In this document: positions 29,246 through 39,120 of the stretch, in pieces | Layout: the number at the start of each line of letters is the position of its first letter | How positions within the stretch are numbered: the stretch's first letter is position 1 | NCBI GenBank assembly: GCA_040751795.1 | Contig: JBFMHR010000002.1 | Location: 288,001-352,000 of the forward strand | Reading direction: 5' to 3' | DNA: 64,000 nucleotides | Source: Thermoplasmatota archaeon | GTDB lineage: Archaea; Thermoplasmatota; Thermoplasmata; UBA10834 | Made by a program: the position numbers and the translations under genes | Notes under the pieces: model-generated | What the model saw: the letters and a program-made list of their open reading frames with translations, nothing else | The model's database searches: none | What the model was told of the DNA's origin: nothing

Positions 29246-31402
29246 TTGACCAGGCCCGCCCATCGACGGGCGATGCGTGTCCTGGGCCGCGCGGCGGTGT
29301 CATCGGCTTTGCTCTTCGTCCTCGCGGCATGGGGCCTGCATCCGGCCTCGGGCTCGGCGGACGCCCAGGCGCCCCCCTTGGCGGTCGCGGAGTTCTACCC
29401 ATGCGCGGTCGGCGGGGACGAGTACCTGGTGCTGTCCAGCCGCGGCGCCGAGGCCGTCAACCTCATGGGCTGGACGGTGTCCGACGGCGAGGGCTCCATC
29501 GCCCTCCTCGGCGGGCTCCTCCGGCCGGGCGAGGCGCTGTCGATCTCTGAGAACGCGTCGTCCTTCGAGCGCGCCTACGGGACGGCGCCGGACCTCCACC
29601 TCCCGTCCTGGACGTCGGGCGACGGGGCGGACGTGACGGGCACGTTCAGGCTCGCCGACTCGGGCGACGCGCTCGAGCTGAGGTCTCCCGACGGGTCGAT
29701 GGCCGACGCGGTGGCGTACGGCGAGTGCCCTGTCCCGTCCTCGGGATGGGTCGGGGACCCGATCCCTGCGCTCAGGCAGGGGGAGGTCGCCCGCCGCATC
29801 CATGTGCCGGTCCTCCAGGACACCGACACCTCTGCCGACTGGACCCCTTTCAGGGAGCACAGGTACGGCTACTCCTCGCACCCCGTCGTCTCATCCGCGG
29901 TTCCGGCGGGATGTGTGAGGTGCTTCACGAGCCCGGACTGCTCCCTCGACGTGGTCCTGGAGGCGATATCGGGCGCGTCCTCCCAGCTCAGGGTGTGCTC
30001 GTACGAGCTGTCCTCCTCGCCCGTGTGCGTCGCCCTCCTCGCCGCCGCGTCGCGGGGCGTGGACGTGAGGGTCCTGGTCGACTCGCAGCCCGTGGGAGGA
30101 ATGTCCCAGGCGCAGGTCGCGTGCCTCTCGTCCCTCGCCCGTGGCGGGGCGGAGGTGAGGGTCCTGGGCGGCGACATGGCCGACGGCGAGGTGAGGCACG
30201 TGGGCGCCCTGCACGCGAAGTACATCGTCGTCGACGGGGACACGCTCGTGGCCCTCTCCGAGAACCTCGTGGAGGACGGCGTCCCGACGGACAGGCTCTT
30301 CGGCAACAGGGGATGGGGCGTGGCCGTGGAGGACGCGTCCATCGCCTCGCACATGTCTGCCGTCTTCGACGACGACTCCCGGACCGAGAGGACGGACGTG
30401 TGGCTGTGGACCGAGGACCCGAGGTGCGACCCGCATGCGGGGCTCCCGGAAGCTCCCAGGTGCGAGCATCCCGAGGGGATGATGGGCCCTGGGGTCAGCT
30501 CGGGGGACGCGGTCGTCTCGCTGTTCCTTTCCCCGGACGCGTCCATGGCCTCGCCGTTCCTCGCGGAGGTCCTCTCAGACGCGGACGACGTCTCGTTCGA
30601 GCAGTTCCAGGCGGAGCTGGAGTGGGACACGCGGTGGTCCGGCGAGCCATTGATGAACCCCGTCGTGGAGGCGGTGGCCGACGTGATGCGCGGGGGAGGG
30701 TCCGCCCGCGGCCTCATGGACGGCCTCTGGTACAACGCCGAGGGGAACGGGGCGGTCGCCGACTATCTCTCCTCCGTCGCGCTCTCGTGCGGGCTGCCGC
30801 CGTCGTTCGGGCTGCTGGCGGAGGAGAGCCCCGTGACGGTGCTTCACAACAAGGGCCTGGTGTCCGGCGACAGGGCCGTCGTTTCGAGCAACAACTGGGT
30901 GTACGCCTCCTTCGCGAGGAACAGGGAGCTCGCCCTCGTCGTCGACGGGGGCGGCGTTTCGGAGTACTTCTCCGCGGCGTTCGAGCTGGACCGGGTGCCG
31001 GACACGTCCGCGCCCTTGGCCGACGCCGGCCCCGACATGGTGCTGGAGGCGCCGGGCGCCGTGGTCCTGGACGCATCCGCGTCCTCGGACGACCGCGCGC
31101 TGGCCAACTTCTCGTGGGACCTCGACGGGGACGGCCGGGCGGACGCGTGGGGGGAGAGCGTGTCGGCCCAGATCGCCTATGCCACGGAGGCGGCATTGAC
31201 GGTCAGGGACGCGTGGGGCAACACCGCCTCGGACACGGTGGCGGTCGCCATGGACGCGCCGGGCCAGCCGCCCCATGACCCCCCGGTGACGCCCGCGGCC
31301 GTGCCCTGGCCCCTCCCCGCCGTGGTCTCGTTGGCCATAGTCGCCCTCGCGGCGGCGCGCAAGCTTAATCTGTCACGTCAATCTACTCGTCCGAAGGGTT
31401 AG
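29246..31402 (+). CDS. Secreted/membrane-anchored phospholipase D-like protein (lamin-tail-like, 2 PLD, PKD)
   Basis: Signal peptide, LHAKYIVVD and LHNKGLV..D motifs, ADAGPD...WDLDGDG PKD, C-terminal TM. Confidence 0.85.
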   Translation: MTRPAHRRAMRVLGRAAVSSALLFVLAAWGLHPASGSADAQAPPLAVAEFYPCAVGGDEYLVLSSRGAEAVNLMGWTVSDGEGSIALLGGLLRPGEALSISENASSFERAYGTAPDLHLPSWTSGDGADVTGTFRLADSGDALELRSPDGSMADAVAYGECPVPSSGWVGDPIPALRQGEVARRIHVPVLQDTDTSADWTPFREHRYGYSSHPVVSSAVPAGCVRCFTSPDCSLDVVLEAISGASSQLRVCSYELSSSPVCVALLAAASRGVDVRVLVDSQPVGGMSQAQVACLSSLARGGAEVRVLGGDMADGEVRHVGALHAKYIVVDGDTLVALSENLVEDGVPTDRLFGNRGWGVAVEDASIASHMSAVFDDDSRTERTDVWLWTEDPRCDPHAGLPEAPRCEHPEGMMGPGVSSGDAVVSLFLSPDASMASPFLAEVLSDADDVSFEQFQAELEWDTRWSGEPLMNPVVEAVADVMRGGGSARGLMDGLWYNAEGNGAVADYLSSVALSCGLPPSFGLLAEESPVTVLHNKGLVSGDRAVVSSNNWVYASFARNRELALVVDGGGVSEYFSAAFELDRVPDTSAPLADAGPDMVLEAPGAVVLDASASSDDRALANFSWDLDGDGRADAWGESVSAQIAYATEAALTVRDAWGNTASDTVAVAMDAPGQPPHDPPVTPAAVPWPLPAVVSLAIVALAAARKLNLSRQSTRPKG

Positions 31403-31408
31403 GCGCGA

Positions 31409-31849
31409 ATGCTCGTACGAAAGTTCGTCCCCGGCGACGTCCAGGCGGTATCGAGGGTGGTGCAGAGGTCCCTCGGGGAGAACTACGCCCCCTCCCTCTA
31501 CATGACCGTCCACAACCTCTGGCCCGAGGGCTTCCTGGTGCTCGAGGGCGAGGCCGGGGTGATAGGCTTCGTCGCGTCGGTCGTGGCCGGCCCTGGCACG
31601 GCCAGGGTGCTGATGCTCGCGGTCGAGCCCGAGCACAGGGACCTGTCGGGCGGGTCGAAGCTGATGGACGCGCTCTACTCGAGCTGCATCGCCAGGGGGC
31701 TCGACACCATAGTGCTCGAGGTCAGGAAGAGCAACCCCCGTGCGAGGGCGTTCTACGAGCGCCACGGCTTCAAGGTCACGGGCGAAATAAAGCGCTTCTA
31801 CACCAACGGCGAGGACGCGGACACGATGTCCAGGCAGCTGCTGAGCTGA
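31409..31849 (+). CDS. GNAT N-acetyltransferase (RimI-like)
   Basis: LAVEPEHR, LEVRKSN..A..FY...GF, FY.NGEDA. Confidence 0.9.
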   Translation: MLVRKFVPGDVQAVSRVVQRSLGENYAPSLYMTVHNLWPEGFLVLEGEAGVIGFVASVVAGPGTARVLMLAVEPEHRDLSGGSKLMDALYSSCIARGLDTIVLEVRKSNPRARAFYERHGFKVTGEIKRFYTNGEDADTMSRQLLS

Positions 31850-31855
31850 GGCGGC

Positions 31856-33397
31856 TCATCCGTAGCCGCGCTTGTCGTCGTGCTGGTGGTAGTTCCAGTA
31901 GTGGTAGGGGGAGGACTCCTTCTCGGAGGTGCTGATGTCCTTGGAGACTCCGCCCATGTAGCTCCCGTAGCGCTCCTTGATCTGCTCCTCCACGGGGCGG
32001 GCGGTCCTCATGGCCCTCCTGATGTGGTCGGCCTCGATGTAGCGGGCCTTCTCGCCCGTGGCGAGGTCCCCGGCGGCCCTGATGAGGCCTCCCAGCTCCC
32101 TCAGCCTGAGGGTCAGGGACTTGTCCTTGTTGTCGACCACCTTCGCCCTCTTCCTCGCCTCCTCGACTATGAGGCCGACCGCCTCCCTGGTCGCGTGGGG
32201 GATCTTCCCGTCCATCACGATCTCCTGGGCGACGAACTGGATGAGCTTCGTCCGGTTCTCGGGGGTGTCGGGCATGACCGTCTCCACGAGCACCTCGTAC
32301 CCCCCGCCGTTGATCCTCGACCTCAGCGGGGACAGTATCTGGGGGAGGTCCTGGATGTTGCACGCCCCCACGAATATGAAGTCGCACGGGACGCTGTCCA
32401 CCCGGACGCTCGCGCCAGCGCTCTGCGGGTTGCGCCCGGAGATCGGGAACCTCTTCTCCTGCATCGCGGTGAGTATGAACCTCTGCATGTGGCCGAGGTG
32501 GGGCAGCTCGTCGACGAAGAGGACGCCCTGGTGGGCGCTGTGTATGGCGCCTGCAATGACCCGGTCGTAGGGCTGCGTCCCCAGCTGCGGGTGCCCGCCG
32601 TACGGGTCGTGCCTCACGTCCCCCAGCAGCTCGGTCTCGCTCGCGCCCGTGGCGAGTACGAACGGGTTCCGCCTCAGCGGGACGATGACCTTCCTGGGGC
32701 TCTCCTTCTCGAACTCGCGCCTCTTCTCGAGCGCGGCCTGGTCCAGGACGCTGATCATGTCGCCCGCGCGCTCGAAGACGACGACCTCCTCCTTCCCGAA
32801 CCTCTTCCTGGTGGTCGTCACGCGCTCCCTGCCGGCCATCTGGCCCATGGTGACCTCCATCAGCCCGCCGAGGATGTCCCCGAACGGGTTGTTGGTCGTG
32901 GACCTGATCTGCGCGAGCTTGGCCCTGGAGCAGTTGGGGCAGAAGCTCTCCCTCGGGGGCGAGTACGCCCCGCAGCTCGAGCACCTGTAGCCGAGCCTCT
33001 CGGCCACGTTCACGGGGGCCTCCTTGGGGTCGATGTACTCCCCCTCGGCGAAGCCCCTGGACTCGAGCTCCCTCTCGACCTCGCTGTCGGTCTTGAGCTC
33101 CACCATGGGCCTCTCCGGGTTCTCCGGGTTGTGGACGACCCTGATCTCCTCCGTCGGCCGGGCGAGGTGCAGCGCCAGCGCCTGGGCTATCATCGACTTG
33201 CCTGTCCCGGGCGGGCCCACCAGGAGGAGGTGCCTCCTCTGCGAGGCGGCTATCCTGGCCAGCCTCACGGCCTCGTCCTGTCCGATGACCCTCTCGAGGG
33301 GGTCCTGCGCTATGCGGACGTCCTCGGTCGTCTCGACTTCGTCGAGGGGGTTCCGCCCCTTCTCGCTCCCTTCAAGGTCATCGGTCATCATGCCCAC
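31856..33397 (-). CDS. LonB-like AAA+ ATPase lacking the protease domain
   Basis: VIGQDEA, GPPGTGKS, LLGDVRHDP, GAIH.AH.GVLFVDE, LRLRELGGL; ends with no Lon Ser-Lys protease domain. Confidence 0.88.
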   Translation of the reverse strand: MGMMTDDLEGSEKGRNPLDEVETTEDVRIAQDPLERVIGQDEAVRLARIAASQRRHLLLVGPPGTGKSMIAQALALHLARPTEEIRVVHNPENPERPMVELKTDSEVERELESRGFAEGEYIDPKEAPVNVAERLGYRCSSCGAYSPPRESFCPNCSRAKLAQIRSTTNNPFGDILGGLMEVTMGQMAGRERVTTTRKRFGKEEVVVFERAGDMISVLDQAALEKRREFEKESPRKVIVPLRRNPFVLATGASETELLGDVRHDPYGGHPQLGTQPYDRVIAGAIHSAHQGVLFVDELPHLGHMQRFILTAMQEKRFPISGRNPQSAGASVRVDSVPCDFIFVGACNIQDLPQILSPLRSRINGGGYEVLVETVMPDTPENRTKLIQFVAQEIVMDGKIPHATREAVGLIVEEARKRAKVVDNKDKSLTLRLRELGGLIRAAGDLATGEKARYIEADHIRRAMRTARPVEEQIKERYGSYMGGVSKDISTSEKESSPYHYWNYHQHDDKRGYG

Positions 33398-33401
33398 GCG
33401 C

Positions 33402-34703
33402 TCAGCTGAGGTCGTCCTTCGTCAAGATCTCCACGTTCGTCGGGAGCTTGGCGATGTTCCCCAGCTTGACACCTACCACCGAAGTGATATTCTTTTCCAC
33501 GGCGAGGTCGAGGACCCTCTGCGTGATTATCCCGTCCAACACGACGGCCTTCACGCCCTCGGCCCCCTCCTTGAGGGTGTCGGCGAGCTTGCTGACATGC
33601 ACTTCCTTGAGCACGTTGCCGCTCTCGTTCAGGAGCTTGGCCTTCGAGGTGTTGTTCAGGTCCTCGAGGACGCCCCTGTAGCGGGACTGCTCGGGCGAGA
33701 GCTTCGGCGCAGGGGGCGGGGGCGGCGGGAGCGGGGCGGCCGGCTCGTGCCTCCTCTGGTCCCTGCCTCCCCGGTCCCTGTCCCTGTCGTCGTCGCGCCT
33801 GCCGCGGCCCCTGTCGCCGCGGCCCTCGTCCTGCCTGCCCCCTTTCTCACCATTCGAGCGCTGCGGGGTGCTTATGTTGAACATTTCTGCGAACTGGTCC
33901 GCGGGGACCTTGTTCCTCAGGCACTTGACGATCTGCTTCTGCGTGAGCTCCTCGACCTCCTGGGCCGCCGGCGCGCGCGCGACGAAGTCTATCTCCGCCA
34001 CCTCGAGCAGCTCCCTCACTATGAGCTCGCCGCCCCTGTCGCCGTCGACGAAGGCCGTGACGACCTTCTCCCTCGCGAGGTCTATGATCGTCTGGGGCAC
34101 GTTCGTGCCCTCGACCGCTATGGTGTTCTTGATGCCGTACTTGAGCAGGTTCAGCACGTCCGACCTGCCCTCGACGACTATTATCGCGTCGGAGTCCTGG
34201 ATGTTCGGGCCCGCGGGCAGCCTCTCCTTGCCGAAGTGCACGACCTCCTCCATCTGGAAGGACTGGCGCACCGAGTCGGTCAGGTCGCCGCCGCTCGTCT
34301 TCGAGGCCTTCATCAGCTCGTTGAGGAGGATCTTGGCCCTCTCTATGATCTTGTTCCTCTTCGACACCCTGACGTCCTCGATCTTCTCGATGTTTATGCG
34401 CGCCTTGCACGGCCCGACCCTGTCTATGGTCTCGAGGGCGGACGCGAGTATGGCGGTCTCGACCTGGTCCAGGCTGGAGGGCACGTACACGAGGCCCTCC
34501 GACTTGCCCTTGCTCGAGCTGACCTCCACCTCTATCCTCCCTATGCGGCCGCTCTTCTGCAGGTCCCTCAGGTCCAGCTCGTCGCCGAGCAGGCCCTCGG
34601 TCTGTCCGAAGATGGCGCCGACGATGTCGGGCTTCTCCACAATCCCGTCAGTTGACAATCTCGCCGAAATCAGGTACTTGGTTGTACTCGGATCTATGTC
34701 CAT
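33402..34703 (-). CDS. dnaG: Archaeal DnaG (exosome-associated)
   Basis: GAIFGQTEGLLG, TOPRIM VEGRSD and DGDRGG, DGIITQR. Confidence 0.96.
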   Translation of the reverse strand: MDIDPSTTKYLISARLSTDGIVEKPDIVGAIFGQTEGLLGDELDLRDLQKSGRIGRIEVEVSSSKGKSEGLVYVPSSLDQVETAILASALETIDRVGPCKARINIEKIEDVRVSKRNKIIERAKILLNELMKASKTSGGDLTDSVRQSFQMEEVVHFGKERLPAGPNIQDSDAIIVVEGRSDVLNLLKYGIKNTIAVEGTNVPQTIIDLAREKVVTAFVDGDRGGELIVRELLEVAEIDFVARAPAAQEVEELTQKQIVKCLRNKVPADQFAEMFNISTPQRSNGEKGGRQDEGRGDRGRGRRDDDRDRDRGGRDQRRHEPAAPLPPPPPPAPKLSPEQSRYRGVLEDLNNTSKAKLLNESGNVLKEVHVSKLADTLKEGAEGVKAVVLDGIITQRVLDLAVEKNITSVVGVKLGNIAKLPTNVEILTKDDLS

Positions 34704-34920
34704 TCTCTCTCACCCTGTTGGTGTCTGAAAAACAGCTCTTCGCCTTCCGCTGTCCTCTCTCGCCCTGCCCTCTCGGGGCCGCGCAGGCTCAGCGGGCTTT
34801 GACAAACATCTGGGCTGTTGCGGCCGACACGCGCCTGTTCGGCGCTGCGTCCGCGGTGATATTCATACGGTCAAGCGTGATGATGTCAATGTTGGGGTTT
34901 GCGCTGTTCTTCGGCACTAC
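34704..34920 (-). promoter_or_regulatory. Long structured 5' leader of dnaG (possible uORF)
   Basis: TATA-like TATTTAT at 34941-34935, ~230 nt upstream of the ATG; several stems including a GAGA tetraloop. Confidence 0.45.
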
Positions 34921-34997
34921 TAATGCGCCCATTGATAAATAGTTTTGCATGGTCCGTATAAAATTCGTCCACCCCCCCTGGCGGGCATACTGGCGCC

Positions 34998-35207
34998 TCA
35001 CCCGCCCGATACCACGGATATGAGCTTGACGTCGTCCCCGTCGCCCAGTGGCTCGTCCGCGGGGACGGGCCTCCCGCCCCTCACCGCGATCCACCCGTCC
35101 GGGAGGTACGAGAGGGCCCTCACGAGGTCCTCGACCGTGCTCCCGTCGGGCAGCTCGACCGAAACGGTCTCCTTCTTCGTGGGCAGGATGGTCGCCGTGA
35201 CCCTCAT
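34998..35207 (-). CDS. MoaD/ThiS/SAMP ubiquitin-like protein
   Basis: 69 aa, beta-grasp-like, C-terminal VSGG. Confidence 0.9.
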   Translation of the reverse strand: MRVTATILPTKKETVSVELPDGSTVEDLVRALSYLPDGWIAVRGGRPVPADEPLGDGDDVKLISVVSGG

Positions 35208-35242
35208 CGCGGACAGAGTAGGCGGGCCCGGCACTTAATCCT

Positions 35243-36055
35243 TCAGCCCCGCCCCGGGCCCTGGAGGCCGTAGGCCGCCACGGCCTGGGCGAACCGCTCC
35301 CTCTCCCCGACGTCGCCGAGGAGGAGGTGCCTGCTCTGACGGAACATGCCGAAGGGGGGGTTGCTGAGGGCGACCCGGAGCACCCTCCCCTTCATCTCGA
35401 GCGCGGAGAGCTCCGAGCGTTTGAACGAGAATGTCATCCCCGCCGCTGGCGAGCGGATGACCATGCCGTCCCTCGAGAGGATGACATCGGTCTGGGCCTT
35501 CCTTGCCGTGAGGCCGATGATTGCGAGCATGCCTGCTCCCATGGCTGCGGGGAGGAGCCATCCCAGGTCGGGGCCCCCGTCGTAGAAGAGCGCCGCCATC
35601 ACCAGGAAGCCGGCCCCCATGAGCGCGAAGCCCGAGAGCGCCACCACCCCCGCCAGGCCTATCGACCTGGCCGAGGCGACGACCTCCTCAGGCGCGAAAG
35701 GCATCCCGACGGAGATGTGGCGCCTCAGCACGTCCGTGCCGCCCCGGCTCTTTTGCCTCCTCAGGAAGACCAGCATGGCTGTCGCAGCCACGATGCACGC
35801 CACGCCCAATGCGATGTCCAGGCCGCTCGCTTCGCCTGTCGCAATCTCGACCAGCTGGAGGGCCCCCAGGATCAGCGCGAAGATAACCCCTGACCTGAGG
35901 AACCGCCCACTCAGAACCTTGTCCAGCTCTGGCGGGAGCTGCTCGGGCATTGCCTCCTTCCTCTCGACGGGAGCGAACTCCTTCATCTGCGATGCGCAGC
36001 TCCCGCAGTACAGCCCTTCTTCCGTGTTCTCGGCCCCGCAGTTCGGACACTTCAA
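35243..36055 (-). CDS. Zinc-ribbon membrane protein
   Basis: CPNCG...CGSC N-terminus and 4 TM; TTG at 36055. Confidence 0.7.
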   Translation of the reverse strand: MKCPNCGAENTEEGLYCGSCASQMKEFAPVERKEAMPEQLPPELDKVLSGRFLRSGVIFALILGALQLVEIATGEASGLDIALGVACIVAATAMLVFLRRQKSRGGTDVLRRHISVGMPFAPEEVVASARSIGLAGVVALSGFALMGAGFLVMAALFYDGGPDLGWLLPAAMGAGMLAIIGLTARKAQTDVILSRDGMVIRSPAAGMTFSFKRSELSALEMKGRVLRVALSNPPFGMFRQSRHLLLGDVGERERFAQAVAAYGLQGPGRG

Positions 36056-36174
36056 ACCGATTCCCCCTGCTGTTGGGCAACCACGCGCCCACACAAGAAC
36101 CCTGCGCAGGGATGCCCCATCATTGAAAACACCAAATACCAGAGCCGTAATGCATGAGGCACGGTCCGCGGGAT

Positions 36175-36264
36175 GCCGAGGTAGCTAAGCCCGGTTTAAG
36201 GCGGTAGCCTCGAGAGCTACTGGTGCTTGTCACCACGGGAGTTCAAATCTCCCCCTCGGCGCCA
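36175..36264 (+). tRNA. tRNA-Ser(CGA)
   Basis: Acceptor GCCGAGG/CCTCGGC with encoded GCCA end, anticodon arm GTAGC-CT-CGA-GA-GCTAC, long variable arm, TTCAAAT T-loop. Confidence 0.96.
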
Positions 36265-36302
36265 TATCGGCCCGTCAGTCGGGAGCATCGTGGGGGTGCG
36301 GC

Positions 36303-37463
36303 TTGCAGAGGTCCAAGGAGATTATAGTCTACGTGGCCGGGTTCACCGGCCCCCTCGCGGGGAACCTGGTCCTCTCCCTCCTGGGCACCCTGGGCGACGC
36401 GTGGGGCGTCGACCCCGTGGACATCCTCCTCTCCATCCCGGCCTTCATGTTCCCCTTCGCCATCATGCAGCTCTTCTCGGGGACCATCTCCGACGCGTAC
36501 GACCGCCGGACGGTCCTCCTGTTCGGCCTGGGGACCTACGCGGCGGGCTCCGCGCTGGCCGCGCTGTGCACATCCCTCGAGCTCTTCATGCTCACCAGGG
36601 TCGTCCAGGGGATCGGCTACGCCTTCGTGAACCCCGTCCTGGTCGCCCTCCTGTCAGAGATAGCGGGGCCCGAGAGGCAGGGCACCTCCATGGGCTACTT
36701 CGGCAGCTCCACGACAGCGGGGGCGTCGGTAGGCCCGCTGCTCGGCGGCGCCTTCGCGGGCATCGACTGGAGGCTGGCGTTCCTGGCCGTGACGGCCCTC
36801 GCGGCGGCGATGTTCTTCGCCGTGTGGTCCGCGTTCAAGGGCGAGGGCCGGGGCTCCGGGAAGGTCTCCGTCGGCACTGTGAGGCACAGCCTCGGGGCGG
36901 CCTTCAGGGACCGGCACATAATGCGCCTCTCCGGGGCGGGCTTCCTCGCCTTCATGGCGTTCGCCGGGGTCATCTCGTTCGTGTCCGAGCACCTGGAGAC
37001 GGGCCCCCTCGCCATGTCGCCGGAGGAGATAGGGATCGCCCTGTCCCTATCGGGGGTCGTGGGCATCTTCTTCGCCCCGCTGGCAGGGAGGATGGTCGAC
37101 AGGAGGGGCCCGAGGTGCTGCGTCGCGGTCGGCTTCTCCCTCGGGGCCCTCGCAGCCTTCTCCATGCAGTGGGCCGACTCCTACTACGTGTTCATCGGGC
37201 TCCTCATCCTCTCGGGCATGGGCGGGTCCTTCGTGTGGTCCTCCCTGCTGACAATGGCCGTCGCCGTGCCGCCCCGGATTAAAGGCACCTCCTCGTCCGT
37301 GTTCAACAGCCTGAGGTTCCTCGGCTTCGCCCTGTCGCCGGTCGTGCTAACGCCCCTGTACCTCACCTGGGGCTTCGACCAGGTGATGCTCACCTGCGCC
37401 TGCCTGGGCCTCGTCGGCCTGGCGCTGGCTGCGGTGCCCAGGTTCCAGAGGGCGCAGGGGTAG
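36303..37463 (+). CDS. MFS transporter
   Basis: SGTISDAYDRR, RVVQGIG, GPLLGG, GRMVDRRG motifs; 12 TM. Confidence 0.92.
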   Translation: MQRSKEIIVYVAGFTGPLAGNLVLSLLGTLGDAWGVDPVDILLSIPAFMFPFAIMQLFSGTISDAYDRRTVLLFGLGTYAAGSALAALCTSLELFMLTRVVQGIGYAFVNPVLVALLSEIAGPERQGTSMGYFGSSTTAGASVGPLLGGAFAGIDWRLAFLAVTALAAAMFFAVWSAFKGEGRGSGKVSVGTVRHSLGAAFRDRHIMRLSGAGFLAFMAFAGVISFVSEHLETGPLAMSPEEIGIALSLSGVVGIFFAPLAGRMVDRRGPRCCVAVGFSLGALAAFSMQWADSYYVFIGLLILSGMGGSFVWSSLLTMAVAVPPRIKGTSSSVFNSLRFLGFALSPVVLTPLYLTWGFDQVMLTCACLGLVGLALAAVPRFQRAQG

Positions 37464-37497
37464 GGTTAATTACGGGCGGGTAGATTCGCACCCGTCC

Positions 37498-38724
37498 ATG
37501 AAAGAGAAGAAGATGCTCATGGTCGTGTGCGACGGCCTCTCGGACCGCCCGGCCAAGGAGTTCGACAGGAGGACGCCGCTCCAGGCCGCCAGGAAGCCCG
37601 CCATGGACGCCATATCCAGGCACGGCGTCAACGGCGTCATGGACGTCATCGCCCCCGGCGTCGTCCCGGGAAGCGACACCGCGCACCTGGCCCTCTTCGG
37701 GTACGACCCCTACAAGGCCTACTCGGGCAGGGGGCCGATCGAGGCCGCGGGCGCCGGGCTGGAGGTCAGGAAGGGCGATGTCGCCTTCAGGTGCAACTTC
37801 GCCACCGTGGACGGCTCGATGACCGTCACCGACCGGAGGGCAGGCAGGATCAAGTCCGGCACGGCCGAGCTGGCGAAGGCTCTGTCCGGGATGGAGATCG
37901 GGGACGTCCAGGTCATGTTCAAGGAGGGGTCGGAGCACAGGGGCGTGCTCCTGCTGAGGGGCCCGGGGCTGGACCCCAGGGTCACCGACGCGGACCCGCA
38001 CCACGAGGGGAAGGTGCTGGAATCGAAGGCCCTCGTGCCCGAGGCGGAGAAGACCGCCAGGGCCGTCAACGAGTTCGTGAAGGCATCTTACGAGGTCATG
38101 TCAAGGTCGCCGGTGAACGCCGAGAGGAAGGCCGCTGGCCTGCCCCTGGCGAACATAGTGCTCCCGAGGGGCGCTGGCTCCCTGGGCGAGCTCGTCCCGA
38201 TGCCGACCATGTACGGCACGAAATGCGCGGCCGTCGCGGGCGTCACCCTGGTCAAGGGGATATGCAGCCTCGTCGGGATGGACGTGCTGGACGTGCCCGG
38301 TGCGACGGGCGGGCTCGACACCGACTACCGGGCGAAGGGGGAGGCAGCGATGAGGGCCCTGGACTCCCACGACTTCGTCTTCATGAACGTCAAGGCGTGC
38401 GACATCGCCGGCCACGACGGCGACTTCAGGCTCAAGGTGCAGGTCATAGAGAGCATCGACTCGATGCTGGAGGGGATGCTCAAGGACATGCACGAGGACG
38501 TGGTCGTCGTGCTGACGGCGGACCACTCGACCCCGGTCAGCGTCCGCGACCACAGCGCGGACCCGGTGCCGGTGGCGATATCCGGAGGCGGCGCGAGGAT
38601 AGACCACGTCAGGGAATTCGACGAGATGTCCGCCGCGTCGGGCGCGCTGGGCAGGATCAGGGGGAAGGACCTGATGCCCACGGTCATGGGGATGGCCGAC
38701 AGGGCCAAGAAGTTCGGGGCCTGA
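37498..38724 (+). CDS. apgM: 2,3-bisphosphoglycerate-independent phosphoglycerate mutase
   Basis: DGLSD, GSDTAH, DRRAGRI, DIAGHD, TADHSTP, HSADPVP. Confidence 0.96.
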   Translation: MKEKKMLMVVCDGLSDRPAKEFDRRTPLQAARKPAMDAISRHGVNGVMDVIAPGVVPGSDTAHLALFGYDPYKAYSGRGPIEAAGAGLEVRKGDVAFRCNFATVDGSMTVTDRRAGRIKSGTAELAKALSGMEIGDVQVMFKEGSEHRGVLLLRGPGLDPRVTDADPHHEGKVLESKALVPEAEKTARAVNEFVKASYEVMSRSPVNAERKAAGLPLANIVLPRGAGSLGELVPMPTMYGTKCAAVAGVTLVKGICSLVGMDVLDVPGATGGLDTDYRAKGEAAMRALDSHDFVFMNVKACDIAGHDGDFRLKVQVIESIDSMLEGMLKDMHEDVVVVLTADHSTPVSVRDHSADPVPVAISGGGARIDHVREFDEMSAASGALGRIRGKDLMPTVMGMADRAKKFGA

Positions 38725-38728
38725 GGCC

Positions 38729-39010
38729 CTACTGCTCCGCCAGAACGGCGTTGATCATTTCGGCCTTCACGTGGCCGACGACCTTGACCGTGGCCTTCTT
38801 CGTCTTCGGTATCCCGAGGAGCCTGCGCTTGATGTTGGTCGAGAGGTGGACCCCCAGGGGGCAGAACTGCGAGGTGGGCCTGAAGGTCAGGCTGACGCTG
38901 TCCCTGGTGACCTTGAGCTCGGAAATGAGCCCCATGTCGTACACGTTGATCTGGCTGTGAGGGTCGACTACCTCCCTCAGCGCTTCAACGACCTGCTTCT
39001 CCGTCGGCAT
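38729..39010 (-). CDS. DUF59/SufT-like Fe-S cluster assembly protein
   Basis: LREVVDP...NVYDMGLI...T..FCP. Confidence 0.85.
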   Translation of the reverse strand: MPTEKQVVEALREVVDPHSQINVYDMGLISELKVTRDSVSLTFRPTSQFCPLGVHLSTNIKRRLLGIPKTKKATVKVVGHVKAEMINAVLAEQ

Positions 39011-39120
39011 CGATGTTCCCCCGGGTGCGTCCCAGTCCCACCGCGATTGTCAGACCCTTGCTTTAAACTGTTGACTATGTGGTTCGGTGCCGGGGCGGCG
39101 ACCCGACCGCCCCCGTCCCC

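Noticed and set aside
33700-33850. Low-complexity repeats inside dnaG
   Set aside because: They encode the ordinary Arg/Asp/Gly- and Pro-rich linker of archaeal DnaG.
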